A stretch of 64,000 nucleotides of DNA from Chiloscyllium plagiosum (Eukaryota), in contig NC_057713.1 of NCBI RefSeq assembly GCF_004010195.1, positions 39,051,555 to 39,115,554 of the forward strand. Direction: 5' to 3'. Within the stretch, counting starts at the first letter, position 1, and the number at the start of each line of letters is the position of its first letter. The notes below the pieces were generated by a model. It was not told where the DNA came from and searched no databases. It saw nothing but the letters and a program-made list of their open reading frames with translations. This document shows, piece by piece, positions 14,379-26,186 of this stretch. The position numbers and the translations under genes are program-made.

Positions 14379-14772
14379 TGCTGATGAAAAACTTTGACTA
14401 GTCACTGCTGCGATGAAAATGTTACCGTTTGTACACCTAAGGATCAAACTGCATCAATGCTCATCTGTTAAACTGAGTTTGACTGACTCCAGGAGTATTC
14501 TATTTCATGTACAACACATTTGCCATTAATTCAATTTATGGCAAAGTAACAGCAACTTTACTCATCCATGAAATAATATCCTGATCACTTGAGAATTGTG
14601 CATCACATCAACTGAAACAAATAAAACATGTGATGTTTACAGAAACCATACAAGTCAGCCACTTTATTAAATATCATGAAGAAGTGAAGAAAAATAAGAT
14701 TACAAAAGTGCTAAATACAGCTGGATACTGTAAATGAATGCAAAATGAATTTAAATGAAGGAAAAAACTTTA

Positions 14773-15081
<309 letters not shown>

Positions 15082-15296
15082 TTAGCTAATGGTGAGGTGA
15101 AATCATGAAGTGCACTTGTTCAGATCTACAAGCTTTTAGTAAATGCAATTAACGGACCCTCTGAACAACCAAGTAAGAAAACAGCTTAGAATAAGTGAAA
15201 ATTCAAGAACTAAATTTTTGAGTCATTCAATGGCATAAGAACAAAAATGTACTCCAATATACATATTATGTGCAAATTTTCAAACAAGCAACCCCC

Positions 15297-15570
15297 AATG
15301 TGGTGGCTCAGCTGTTAGCACTGTTGCCTCACAGCGCCAGGGACCTTGGTTCGATGCCAGTCTTGGGTGACTGCCAGTGCTTGTGTGGGTTTCATCCGGC
15401 TGCTCTGGTTTACTCCTGCAGTCCAAAGATGTGCCAATTAGGTGGATTGGCCATACTAAACTGCCCATAGTACCCAGGCAAGGTAGATTAACTATGGTAA
15501 AGATGGGGAAAGGATCGGTATGGTCTTGATGGGTAACATGGTCTCTATCTGCACTGTACGGATTCTACGT
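15297..15570 (+). mobile_element. Degenerate HE1-type SINE (partial copy at ~38942-39190)
   Basis: GTGGCTCAG..TTAGCACTGTTGCCTCACAGCGCCAGGGACC. Confidence 0.75.
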
Positions 15571-17455
15571 TGTCTCAGTCAAAGCAGAAGCTGAATTAAA
15601 TTTCATATTTGGAATCACCCAGTTTGCAGTTGAAACTCCAACACAAGATGTCAGCAGTAATCCATTATGTCAACTTGCGTCTGAATTTTGCATCTCACCA
15701 ATTCAGGAAATAAGCCCCTTGAATCTGGTCCGCCATTCAGTGAAATCATGACAGACCCGAAAAATCCTCAATTCTATATTCTTGCCTTTTCCATGTAACC
15801 CTTCATTCACTGATTAAAAATCTATTCATCCAAGTCCTGAATATACTTAATGATCCAGCCTCAATAGCTTTCTGCAGTAGAGAATTCCACAGATTCACTC
15901 CCCTCAGAGAAAAAAATCCCTTTTCATCTCCAATTTAAGTTCGTGATCTCTTATTCTTAGATTATGTACTCTTGTCCTAAACTCTCTGCACATGCACGTG
16001 TGCAGAGATACCTGCACATCCGCATGCAGTGACTCCAATGTTCTGCGCACCACAATTGGCACGCTGACGCAGTTCACAGCACTGACTTCCGATTCTGGAA
16101 ATTGCTTCCACACACTGTCCTTGGAGGTCTGTGCAGAAGAGTAAACAGAGGGAACTCTTCCTCTCAAGTCTGCAAAGAATCTTGTATGTCCAATAGGTCG
16201 CTTCTCATTCTTTTATTTTCCAGAGTACAAGCCCAATCTACTCAGACTCTCCTCATATGACAGTCCCTCCATCAACTGAGTGAACCTTCTCTGGATTGTC
16301 TCTAATGCCAGTATATCTTTCCTTCGATAAATGGCCAAAAGCTCCTCATATTATTCTAATTATGGCATGATTAGTGTCTTTTGTAGTTTTATACTTCACT
16401 CCCTTTGAAATAGCAGGCAATATTTCATTTGTCTTCCCTATTACCTGCTGAACTTAAATGCTAGCTTTTTGTGATTCATGGACGAGGACTCCAAACTCTA
16501 ATTGTGGCTCATCTCTTGTTACAGTATGCCACCCTAAAAATGCACTCCTTATCCCAACTCTCTATACGTTATCAATACACTGTCAATACTAATGTACTAC
16601 TTCCAATACTGTGGGCTCCTTTACTGGTTTTACATGTACATTGGAGACAAATGCCCACCATTTTCATGCAACATGCCCAGGGTTGTTATGTGGCTGCAAA
16701 TCACAGGAAAAATTACAAGTCAAGTGATGGTTAGAACAAATATGACGGACATGAGCATGTATCAGTGAAGAGATCAAGGACCAAAATGATCCACAAAAGC
16801 GAAGGTGCTAAATTATTTCTTGTATTCCTATTCAGCCAGATGAGAAGGATTGCATAGTTGTTTTTGTTTGAAGAGTTGAGAAATTGAGTATCTTAGGCAA
16901 TATTTGTTCCGAAACCAAAGCTATTATCAAAGAATTTGCTATGATCTATTTGTGAAATTGTACTGTATGTAAATTACTTAGACAATAAAACATCTCTTTG
17001 AACCAGCTTTTGGTCACCTGTCGTAATATGTGCTTATGTGTCTCAGCATTTGTCACAGGTCAGTGAGGTCTAACTAGAAGGAATTCCCAGCACGATGAGC
17101 TGAATGTTCTTCTCCGGTGTTGTACAGTACGATGACTGAAGTGTCACCTTAAATCAGAAGCAACAAACACAGCTCAAGTTTCTATAAGTTCCTGGAACAA
17201 AACCTTTTTAATTTGGGAGGCAAGGGTATTGGCTAGGTCTCAGCATTAGTTATAGGCATTCACAACCATTTATTCATATAGAATCAATCCAAGAATCAAT
17301 GATTCACCTTTTGGACTCACTTGCCAAGTTTTCATAAGCAATTCGCAAATAATTTTCTAAATCATAACATACTAAACTAACTGGGAGAAGAAAGAAATTC
17401 AAGTCCCAAATGTCAGGAAAGACTTTCAGCTTTATAGTGTAGCTTCAGAGCTTAC

Positions 17456-17500
17456 CAAAAACCATCCTCCATATTGCTGGATGTGGTCTGGTGAAAGGAC
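17456..17500 (-). CDS. PTDSS1: Phosphatidylserine synthase 1, coding exon 3
   Basis: (G)PFTRPHPAIWRMVF(G); 45 nt; tttttcAG / GTAAG. Confidence 0.95.
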
Positions 17501-17624
17501 CTGAAAAATTAAAGGGAATATCCTTAAACAACATTGCGTGAATAAACAAATTATTTCAGAATGTGGAAAATAAAATGCAAGAAATGTGACCAATCACAAT
17601 TCTCACTTGTAACAAACAACTTAC

Positions 17625-17716
17625 CATTAGGAAATGCTAAAACACTTACAATTAGAAAAAAGAACACCACGGAAAGAACCCCCTTCCATATATTGTCTTC
17701 CGGACTTGAATCATCC
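17625..17716 (-). CDS. PTDSS1: Phosphatidylserine synthase 1, coding exon 2
   Basis: [31 protein letters not shown]; 92 nt; AG acceptor and GTAAG donor; phase consistent. Confidence 0.96.
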
Positions 17717-18011
17717 CTAGATGTAAAAATAATTGCAGGATTTGTCATATCAATGCATCGGTCATACATAAAATTTCAGTTATAAAAAATATTCATTTTA
17801 CAATCCATTCGCAAAAATGTGTAAAGTCGAAAGCGGGCTGTGTACCGCGGGGGTGGGAGATCCACCTGAGACATATATCCCAAACCAGCAAATCATTAGC
17901 TTGGAAAATGCTACATTATCAAGCAGGCCTAGCAGCAGAACTCGCCTGACACACATGCACTGATATGGAAAGAGTCAGCTGTTAAATAGCAGAGCCGGAT
18001 ACAACCAGTAC

Positions 18012-18190
18012 CTGGTAAAAGCGAAATACATGACACTAACGATGGTGAAAGTGAGCAGGGTGATAGTGTGAGGTTTGTAGAAGAAGTCGATGGTGATATC
18101 CTCCACTTGCTGCTCGTTGATCATTCGGAAATGCAGTTTATAATTCACATCATCCTTGCTGATTGTCCTGCTGCCTGTACTGGACGCCAT
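18012..18190 (-). CDS. PTDSS1: Phosphatidylserine synthase 1, coding exon 1 (ATG at 18190)
   Basis: Translates [60 protein letters not shown], matching the vertebrate PTDSS1 N-terminus; 179 nt; GT donor at 18011-18010. Confidence 0.96.
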
Positions 18191-18529
18191 AGCTGCGCCG
18201 TTCCGCTTCCCACTGCCAGCAGCAGCCGAGAGACTCCACCCAAACACTCTGCGGGGGAGGGGGGGGAGAGAAATCAGCTCATCCTCAAATACAAACAACC
18301 TCCTCAGGACAAAACGGAAGGACATTTATCAGACATTAAATGGCAAATTATTTAAAACAAATCTGGAATATTTTGCATAGAGATGTTGTTGATAGCAAAT
18401 CTAAAAGAGATTTGTACATGTCTCTCCTCTTTTTTTGTGATGGACTATTCCATTCTGGTAAATGTTACAATTTAGAACGTCCTTGGTGCACGTGGGGGTA
18501 CGGGAGCAGCGCCAGAAAATTTGCAGACA

Positions 18530-19470
18530 CGTCCTAACCCAGACAGAGACACACCTCCTAACACAGACAGACAGAGAGATGCTTCCTACCCAGACAGACA
18601 GACAGACAGAGAGAGAGAGAGAGAGAGAGAGACACCTCCAAACCCAGAGACACTTCCTACGTTAGACAGGAAGAACAGAAACACACCTCCTAACGCAGAC
18701 AGAGAGAAATAGAGACCTCCGAACCCAGACAGATAGACAGACACATCTCTTCATCCAGACACCTAACCGAGAGAGAGATTTACTAAGCCAGATACCTTCT
18801 TAAGAAGGGCTTATGCCCGAAACGTCGATTCTCCTGTTCCCTGGATGCTGCCTGACCTGCTGCGCTTTTCCAGCAACACATTTTCAGAGCAGACACCTTC
18901 TTACCCAAACAGAGAGGAAGAGAGATACACAAACATTGTAACCCAGATACTCAGTCTGCCAGAGTGATACCTCCTACCCCAGCCACACAGTCAGAGCGGG
19001 AGAAAGAGAGACACACACACTTCCTAACCAAGATAGAAGGAGATGCACCCTAGCCCAGGATATTCAGGACATAAAGAGATATATTTACTAATCTAAACAG
19101 AAACAGAAAGTGATATCTTTACTCAGACCAACAGGCCATAAACAGAAACGTTCTGAACTAAGGCAGAGAGATGTCTCTCAAAACAGACACAGAGGCATCA
19201 GCTAACCTGGATCAACAGCACAAAGAGACAGTGGACATTCCTAACCCAGCCGAGCAGGACACACAGAGAGACATCTCCCAGCCAACTCTACCAGGAGGGA
19301 GAAAGAGATAGCTCCGAATCCATCTTGAGTCTCCTAGAATGAGAGTGTCCTGAATCTCAGCTGTAGCAGATGAGAAAGAGAGGCCTTCATAACTAACCCA
19401 GCAGGACACAGAGTGGAGAGAGAAAGAGAGGCCTACTAAGCTTGACAAGAGAAAGAAATAACTCCCCAGC
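18530..19470. repeat. Degenerate purine-rich tandem region (CCTAACCCAGACAGAGAGA-like), duplicated at ~40960-41970
   Basis: Repeated cctaacccagacag motifs and (AG)n tracts. Confidence 0.75.
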
Positions 19471-20227
19471 CTGTGTGGAGCAGCATGGATTAGGGATTAT
19501 GTCCGAATCGCCGGCTCTCCTGCTTCTCGGATGATGCCTAACATGCTGTGCTTTTCCAGCACCATACTTTTTGACTCTGATCTCCAGCATCTGCAGTCCT
19601 CACTTTCTTCATCCATAACCAGGAAAAAAGCAAATGGGATGTTGGCATTTATTTCAAAGAGAATGGAGTAGAGAAGAAGGGAGGTTTTGCACAAACTATA
19701 CAAGGCACTAGTTGGACCATAGCTGGGCTACTGGGAAGTTATGGGACTCTCATCTGAAGAATGATATCCTGGTTTTGGAAGCAATCCAGCAAAGGTTCAC
19801 TCAGCTGATACTAGGGTATGAAAGACTGTCTTTAAGGAAAGGCTGAGTAGGTTATGCCAGTACTCAGTGGAATTTAGAAGAATGAAAGGCAACCTTACTG
19901 AAATGTTACAAGATTCTTAAAGGACTCAAGAGGGTAAATGTGGAAAGATTGTTTAACCTCGTTGGGAGAGGCTGGGCCCAGAGGGCATGATCTCAACAAG
20001 GGGCTTAAAACAGGGATGTGGAGGATTTTCTTTCTCGAAAGGGGCAATTATGCTGTGGAATTCTTTATACCAAAAGGCTTTTGAGGCAGAGATATTAAGT
20101 ATATTCACATGATTAGAGATACCAAATATATTGTACTAAATTTAAGTGAATCATGAGTTGAGGGGGAAGGCAGCAAAGTGGAACTGAGGGTTACGAGATG
20201 AACGATGACAAAGTAAGTAGTGAATCA

Positions 20228-20745
20228 GCGGGGGTACAATGTGCCGTACTGCGGAGCTGCAGCGGGAGGACCATGTGCCGTACGGCGGAGCTGCAGCGGG
20301 AGGACCGTGCCGTACGGCGGAGCTACAGCGGGGAGGGGGTGGTCCATGTGCCGTACGGCGGAGCTGCAGCGGGGGACCATGTGCCGTACGGCGGAGCTGC
20401 AGCGGGAGGACCATGTGCCGTACGGCGGAGCTGCAGCGGGGGAATCCATGTGCCGTACGGCGGAGCTGCAGCGAGGGACCATGTGCCGTACGGCGGAGCT
20501 GCAGCGGGGGACCATGTGCCGTACGGCGGAGCTGCAGCGGGAGGACCATGTGCCGTACGGCGGAGCTGCAGCGGGAGGACCATGTGCCGTACGGCGGAGC
20601 TGCAGCGGGAGGACCATGTGCCGTACGGCGGAGCTGCAGCGGGAGGACCATGTGCCGTACGGCGGAGCTGCAGCGGGAGGACCATGTGCCGTACGGCGGA
20701 GCTGCAGCGGGAGGACCATGTGCCGTACGGCGGAGCTGCAGCGGG
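20228..20745. repeat. CpG-rich minisatellite, 34-bp unit, about 15 copies
   Basis: Unit ACCATGTGCCGTACGGCGGAGCTGCAGCGGGAGG; CATG recurs at 20547, 20581, 20615; internal palindromes GCCGTACGGC and GCTGCAGC. Confidence 0.97.
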
Positions 20746-21075
20746 TACTGTCCTGTTTCTCTTCCTCCCGGGAGCAGTGCTGACTCGGTATTGACTCTGT
20801 GTTTCCCGGTCGGAATGATTAAGGTGAGTACTGGGAGGACTGTTGTGTGCACTATCCGGTGCTTTGACCCTACTCTCTCCAGGTACTCCAACCCAAGTAT
20901 TTAATCCCTGTTACCGCTCCGATAAACTCCCCCAGACTTACATCTCCTTCCGAAAGTGGGCTGCTGCCCACACATGGACGGAATCCTCCAGCTGCTGAAT
21001 AATCGGCGCCTGATAAAGGCCTCAACGGGTTTTTAACAGCTTTCCCAACTCGTTTCTGTTCTCCTGCCGCTTCTT
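20746..21075. promoter_or_regulatory. Probable shared PTDSS1/MTERF3 promoter region with candidate non-coding first exons
   Basis: Unique CpG-enriched sequence between two divergent genes; plus-strand donor AAG/GTGAGT at 20824; minus-strand donor GAT/GTAAGT at 20941; PTDSS1 and MTERF3 are head-to-head in mammals. Confidence 0.55.
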
Positions 21076-21889
21076 TTAAATGAGTACAATTTAGAACATG
21101 AACAGTATGTAGTCTTGGGGACATTTGGTCACTCGAGGATATGCCAACTCCCTTCAGAACAACCCATTCGATCCCATTCCCCTTCCCAATCACTGTAAGG
21201 TCACACAGTGCCTGTTTAATCTCCTTTAAAAATCATTGATGGTCTCTATTTCCAACATCCTGATGGGCAGCATCTTCAAGGTCATTTGTACTTGTTGCTT
21301 TAAAAAGGGTTGTTCCTCACTTTCTCCCTGTTTGTCTTACCCAAAGCTTTAAATTCTGTGTTCCTCAGCCCTTGCACCATCGCCGAGTTGGGGACAGTTT
21401 TTCCTTGTCTACTTTATTCAATCTTGTCACAGTCTTTTATAGCTCTTACTAAATCTCCTTTGTTTCAGGAGAACAACATCCAACTTTTCCAAACTAACCT
21501 TGCAGTTAATATCACTCATCCATGCAGCCATTTTGGTAAGTTCCCCCTGCACCCTCAACTGTGATCACAAGAACTAGTTGCATACTCTATAATCTCTCCG
21601 TCTGGAAACTTATTCTTTAGAAATTTAAAAAATAAGTTCTCTGGAATTTTTCTTTGAGCAGACCAGAGCCAGTTGCAGCAGATCGGGAAGCATGAGTTCA
21701 TCTGGTTGAGGAGAGCACAGGATTTCAAGGGCTGAGTGACTTTGTAACCTTGTGTTGTACTCTCACACCCGACAGGATCACTTCATCCTCTCTACCAACT
21801 GCCATTTTTCACGCAAACTCTCTTTGCTCAAGTGTTTTTGAGCAGACCCAATTATTCTCAGGATATAGTTTGTTTTTTAATCTCTCACT

Positions 21890-23683
21890 ATGGCATGTAA
21901 GAAAAGTACAGCAAAACGTAAGCATGTTACACTTACAATATCAGAAAAGGTTGAAATCATAAATAAACTAGATCAAGGTTCTTCAGTAAAAATGTTGTGT
22001 GAGGCATATGGTGTGGGAATCACAACAATTTATGACATCAAGAAGCAACGTGAAAAGCTATTTAAATTCTGTGCTGAAAGTGACACAGTTCAAGGAATTA
22101 GTGAGCGTAAAACACTGCATCGTGCTAAGTCTGCTGACCATGATGATGCCCTGTATAAATGGTTCAGACAACGTCGTAGTAAGGGGCTCCCTATTTCGGG
22201 GACAATGCTTATGGAAAAGGCCAAACAATTTCATAATGATATGAAGATTAATTCTGTGTGCGAGTACTCTCAAGGTTGGTTGCAGAGGTTTAAACATAGG
22301 CATGGAATTCACCTTAAAGAGACCAGTGAAAAGAGCTCTGCAAATACAGAGGCTGTCAAATGTTACATAACTGAATTTGCAAAGTTGATGAAAGATGAGG
22401 ATCTTAGCCCTGAACAAATATATAATGTGGATGAGACAGATGTTTTCTGGAGATGCTTGCCACGACACAGGCCTGTTGGTCCAGAGGAAATGATGGTACA
22501 TGATTACAAAGAATCAACAGAAAGACTAACTGTGCTTGCATGCACAAATGCTGCTGGAACACATAAATGTAAACTTTTGGTTGTTGGTAAAAGTCCTAAG
22601 CCTCGTGTTTTCAAAGGGATGAAAATTATGCCGGTGCTTTATGAAGCTAATAAATGTTCGTGTGTTACCGAGGAAATATTGAGTGACTGGTTCCATAATC
22701 ATTTTGTTCCAGAGGCTCGTACACACTGTCAAAAGGTTGGGTTGGCTGCAGATTGCAAAATTGTTCTTCTTTTAGACAACTGCACACCTCATCCGCCTAG
22801 AGAGCAATTAGATGCTGACAATGTCTTCCCTACCTATCTACCCACTAGTTGTACATCTTTAATTCAGCCAATGGACCAAGGAGTTATCAGGTCAATGAAA
22901 AGTCACTACAGGAAGAGTTTTTTACGTCGTCTTGTGAGCAGCTACAATACTGGTGGCATTGATGCCTTTAAGACTGCCCTCAGTCTCAAAGATGCTATAT
23001 GGTGTTTGACAAATGCATGGGACAGTGTAACGAGGAGAACCTTACAAAATGCATGGCGTAAGTTGTGTCCTGAAATTATATTGAATGACGAGGACATGGG
23101 GGAAAGCTCTGACGCCTTTAGTTTAAGTGAAACCAAGGCAATGGTGACTGACCTCTTGTGTTGTACCAAGCAAATGGGAAGTGACTTGGATGAGGAAGAC
23201 ATTTTGGCGTGGTTAAATGGTGAAGATAATACTTCAGTTGTACAACAAGTAACAGATTCAGAGATAATTGAGGGCGTTTTACACTACAAGTCTGAGGATA
23301 GTGACAACAGCGATGAAGAAGACAATGTTACTGGGGATAAGATTACCTTGGAAGAGGGAATCAGTCTAGCTTCCCGCTTCATTCGTTTTCTTGAGCAACA
23401 AAGTTTTGTAAGCCAGCAAGATGTAATGCACATACACAGGATCCAAGAGAAGTTGATAAATGAGCAGCCAAAACACATGAAACAAATGAGGTTGCAGCAA
23501 ATGTTTGATGAAGTTGGAAAATCCTTTGCGCACACACCATTAGCATCACTGAGCTCGATCCCGTCAACCAGTGGACTCGATGACACAAAGGACCCAGAGT
23601 TGACTGCTTTTGCCATCAATTATCATCCACTCTCTCCTACACCTCTTCTAAATATTGGTGAAATAAAGCAATGTATGGAATAA
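21890..23683 (+). CDS. Intact pogo/Tigger-family transposase-derived protein (Jerky/TIGD-like; CENP-B-type HTH plus DDE domain), 597 aa, single exon
   Basis: KRKHVTLTISEKVEII N-terminal HTH; second HTH with YSQGWLQRFKHRHGI; catalytic motifs IYNVDET (D181), LLLDN (D296), IQPMDQG (D329) give DD32D spacing; no stops or frameshifts. Confidence 0.93.
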   Translation: MACKKSTAKRKHVTLTISEKVEIINKLDQGSSVKMLCEAYGVGITTIYDIKKQREKLFKFCAESDTVQGISERKTLHRAKSADHDDALYKWFRQRRSKGLPISGTMLMEKAKQFHNDMKINSVCEYSQGWLQRFKHRHGIHLKETSEKSSANTEAVKCYITEFAKLMKDEDLSPEQIYNVDETDVFWRCLPRHRPVGPEEMMVHDYKESTERLTVLACTNAAGTHKCKLLVVGKSPKPRVFKGMKIMPVLYEANKCSCVTEEILSDWFHNHFVPEARTHCQKVGLAADCKIVLLLDNCTPHPPREQLDADNVFPTYLPTSCTSLIQPMDQGVIRSMKSHYRKSFLRRLVSSYNTGGIDAFKTALSLKDAIWCLTNAWDSVTRRTLQNAWRKLCPEIILNDEDMGESSDAFSLSETKAMVTDLLCCTKQMGSDLDEEDILAWLNGEDNTSVVQQVTDSEIIEGVLHYKSEDSDNSDEEDNVTGDKITLEEGISLASRFIRFLEQQSFVSQQDVMHIHRIQEKLINEQPKHMKQMRLQQMFDEVGKSFAHTPLASLSSIPSTSGLDDTKDPELTAFAINYHPLSPTPLLNIGEIKQCME

Positions 23684-25278
23684 CTTGTTCCCTTTAAGTC
23701 ATCATCAACATTTTGATAAAGTACTTTGAAACTGGACGCATGAATAATCATATTTGAATAAGTAAAATAACATTTATAAAGTAATAACAGAATTGATCAG
23801 TATTTTATGTTTCATGAAAATTTTTATATCCATGATGTTTTCCAATTCTATTACTTTTGATTCAGAATTCTAATATCCATTATCCAGAAATGGCTTGGTC
23901 CCAAACATTGTAGACTCGAAAGGTTGCAGTATGGCTTAATCAGAGCTTTATAAGGGTTCAGCATAAATTCATTTTTGTATACTTCTGTTTATGAAGATAA
24001 AGATCTGATATGCTTTGCTAACCACTCTCTCAATATGTCTGAAACCTTCAATGATATGTACATATGTACATGATTTTCTCATTGTTCCTGCACAATTAAG
24101 TCTTTATTGCCTGTTATCCGTATGCAAACATGAATCACCTCTCACTTCTGCATATTAAATTCTATCTTCCAATTGTTTGCTTAATTATGTCCTTGTTAGT
24201 GGTATCACCGTTGGCCACAGTTCTTTTCACTTTCCCGCACTGTATTTATCAGAGTGCTGTGGTTTCAGCCATTGAGTCCTGGGGTAACACTACAGCACAT
24301 GCAGGTTGGAGTTTCTTTCTGACCCTTAACCATCTTTATACCCATGTAACCACTGTCCTTTTCAATTTTGTTAACAAGTACATCAGACCTTTCAAAAGTC
24401 CATTTACACAGTCTGCATCAAGGAACCTTAGTCAAACATGATTTACTTTTAACAAAGCTAATGTTTATTAACCCAAAATTTTCCAAGTACCAATGATTTT
24501 GCATTTTTGTCTCAAAAAGATTCCCTGCTGTCAATAGATTTTTTGTTGAGCCTGCAGTTATTGGGTTCTCTCCCTATTATTAAACATTTCTAAGTCTCCA
24601 ATTTTCTAGCAGCACCCCGGTATATGGTAAGGATTCAATGATTGTGGCCAGAGCCTGGGTGATTTTCACCATTACTTCTATCATAAACCTAGAGGCTGTG
24701 CTCCCTTTTAGTATGAGATTTGTCATAGAGCCCTGAAAGCCACAATCAACATAGCTATTCTAAAGATTGCCCATTCTCATTGCTGCCTGGCAGCTGCGTC
24801 CCTTTTTATGTTAAAAATGTATGAATCGGTCTTCAGAGAGCACCTCCCATCACTGTCCTACTGACATCGACAGCCCCCTCCACTACATTGACAGAGCTCC
24901 ACTCTAACGGGTGATCAATCTTATCATTCAGTGCTCTAGAGCCTCCTGTTGACACTTTAGTCACCATCTTCAATTGGTTGGTGATGGAGACACTGGCCTT
25001 CTGCTTAAAACTCGTGTTCAACATCAGGCGTATTTGGTGGGGTCAGGACCCGGAAATGTACCCATGCCAGAGTCGCAATCCCAGAATGAAAATTCAACCC
25101 ATGGTCTACATTTCATATTTTGATCTACTACTTAAAATCTGTAAGTATCCAAAGTGTTTTAATGCTTTGAAACACTTAATTTTAACTTTAACATAACTTC
25201 TACCGCAATTCTAATGAATACAATTACTGTTTACTCATTACATTTATTGTTTACAGGATCATGTTAAATTGAACAAAA

Positions 25279-25609
25279 ATGTCTTCACTGTGCCACCGCA
25301 TTTGTTACCGATGGTCTTCATTGAGAATTATTGGTCTAGTTTGGTCTTCAAAGCAAGAAATAAAAGTGGTACCTGTAGCATCCTATAGTCTTCAAAGTCG
25401 CTTTGGTTTAGATGCACGTCAATGCCTTTTGACTCAAAAACTCTGGATGTTGAAAAGGTCTGACTTGAGTTCTTCAGCATCAAGTTTGCCACCAAGTAAA
25501 GAAGATGGCAATGGATACCGGTTCACAGAAAGCTGTATTTTGCTAAACACAGGTCATAACTATGGCAAAACAGAACTGCCTTGTGTGGTGAAAGATGTAC
25601 AATCTGGTG
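25279..25609 (+). CDS. MTERF3: Mitochondrial transcription termination factor 3, first coding exon (exon begins at 25257)
   Basis: Acceptor ttacAG at 25255-25256; Ser/Arg/Leu-rich presequence-like N-terminus; GTAAGC donor at 25610 in phase 1 joins in frame to the next, clearly recognisable exon. Confidence 0.8.
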
Positions 25610-25674
25610 GTAAGCTATGTTTTGTTTTGTTGAATGCATTGAATATGTATATTGACATACATTTAATACATTAT

Positions 25675-25846
25675 AGAACAACTTGATGCTGACAGTTTCT
25701 TCTTCATAGATCACTCTACTAGTTGCACATCTTTAATTCAGCCAATGAACCAGGGTTGATCCATTAGATCAATGAAATGCCATTGCAAGAATCTTTCAGC
25801 ACCTTCATGTGAACACATACAGGACAATGGTGTTGGTGCTTTTTAC
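25675..25846 (+). pseudogene. Decayed fragment of the neighbouring transposase DDE region (second copy ~27153-27560)
   Basis: GATGCTGACA...ACTAGTTGCACATCTTTAATTCAGCCAATGAACCAGG...TCAATGAAA aligns by eye with 22801-22970, with indels. Confidence 0.8.
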
Positions 25847-26186
25847 CTGGGTTCATCTTCAATTAACATTCAGCTGGCTGGGTCCTAAACTCTGGAACCC
25901 CTCCCTAAACCTCTCTACCTTTGTCTTCCTTTGATCAAGTCTATCTTACTGGCACCTTGAGTGGCTCAGTGTGAAATCTTATTTAATAGTCTGAAGCTCC
26001 TTGGAATATTCTATTCTGTTAAAGGTGCCTTTTAAATGCCTTTGTAATAGTTATCCATAATTGAAATGTGCTTTTAGGTTTTTATCTTGTGGTACCTCAG
26101 TCAAATATAAATTTATTTTTCTGATAAACTGAAGTCTTAAACACCCGTAGACTACTTGACCAACTGAGGTCAGCACCACATAGTCT

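Noticed and set aside
17975-18325. N-terminally extended PTDSS1 (MSFRFVLRR...)
   Set aside because: Homology starts at MASS (18190) and the extension crosses a likely polypyrimidine tract and acceptor
20228-20745. CRISPR-like array (34-bp palindromic repeats)
   Set aside because: Units are head to tail with no unique spacers, no cas genes, and the context is a vertebrate gene locus
20151-20904. Long ORFs in all six frames
   Set aside because: By-product of a stop-free GC-rich minisatellite; translations are periodic
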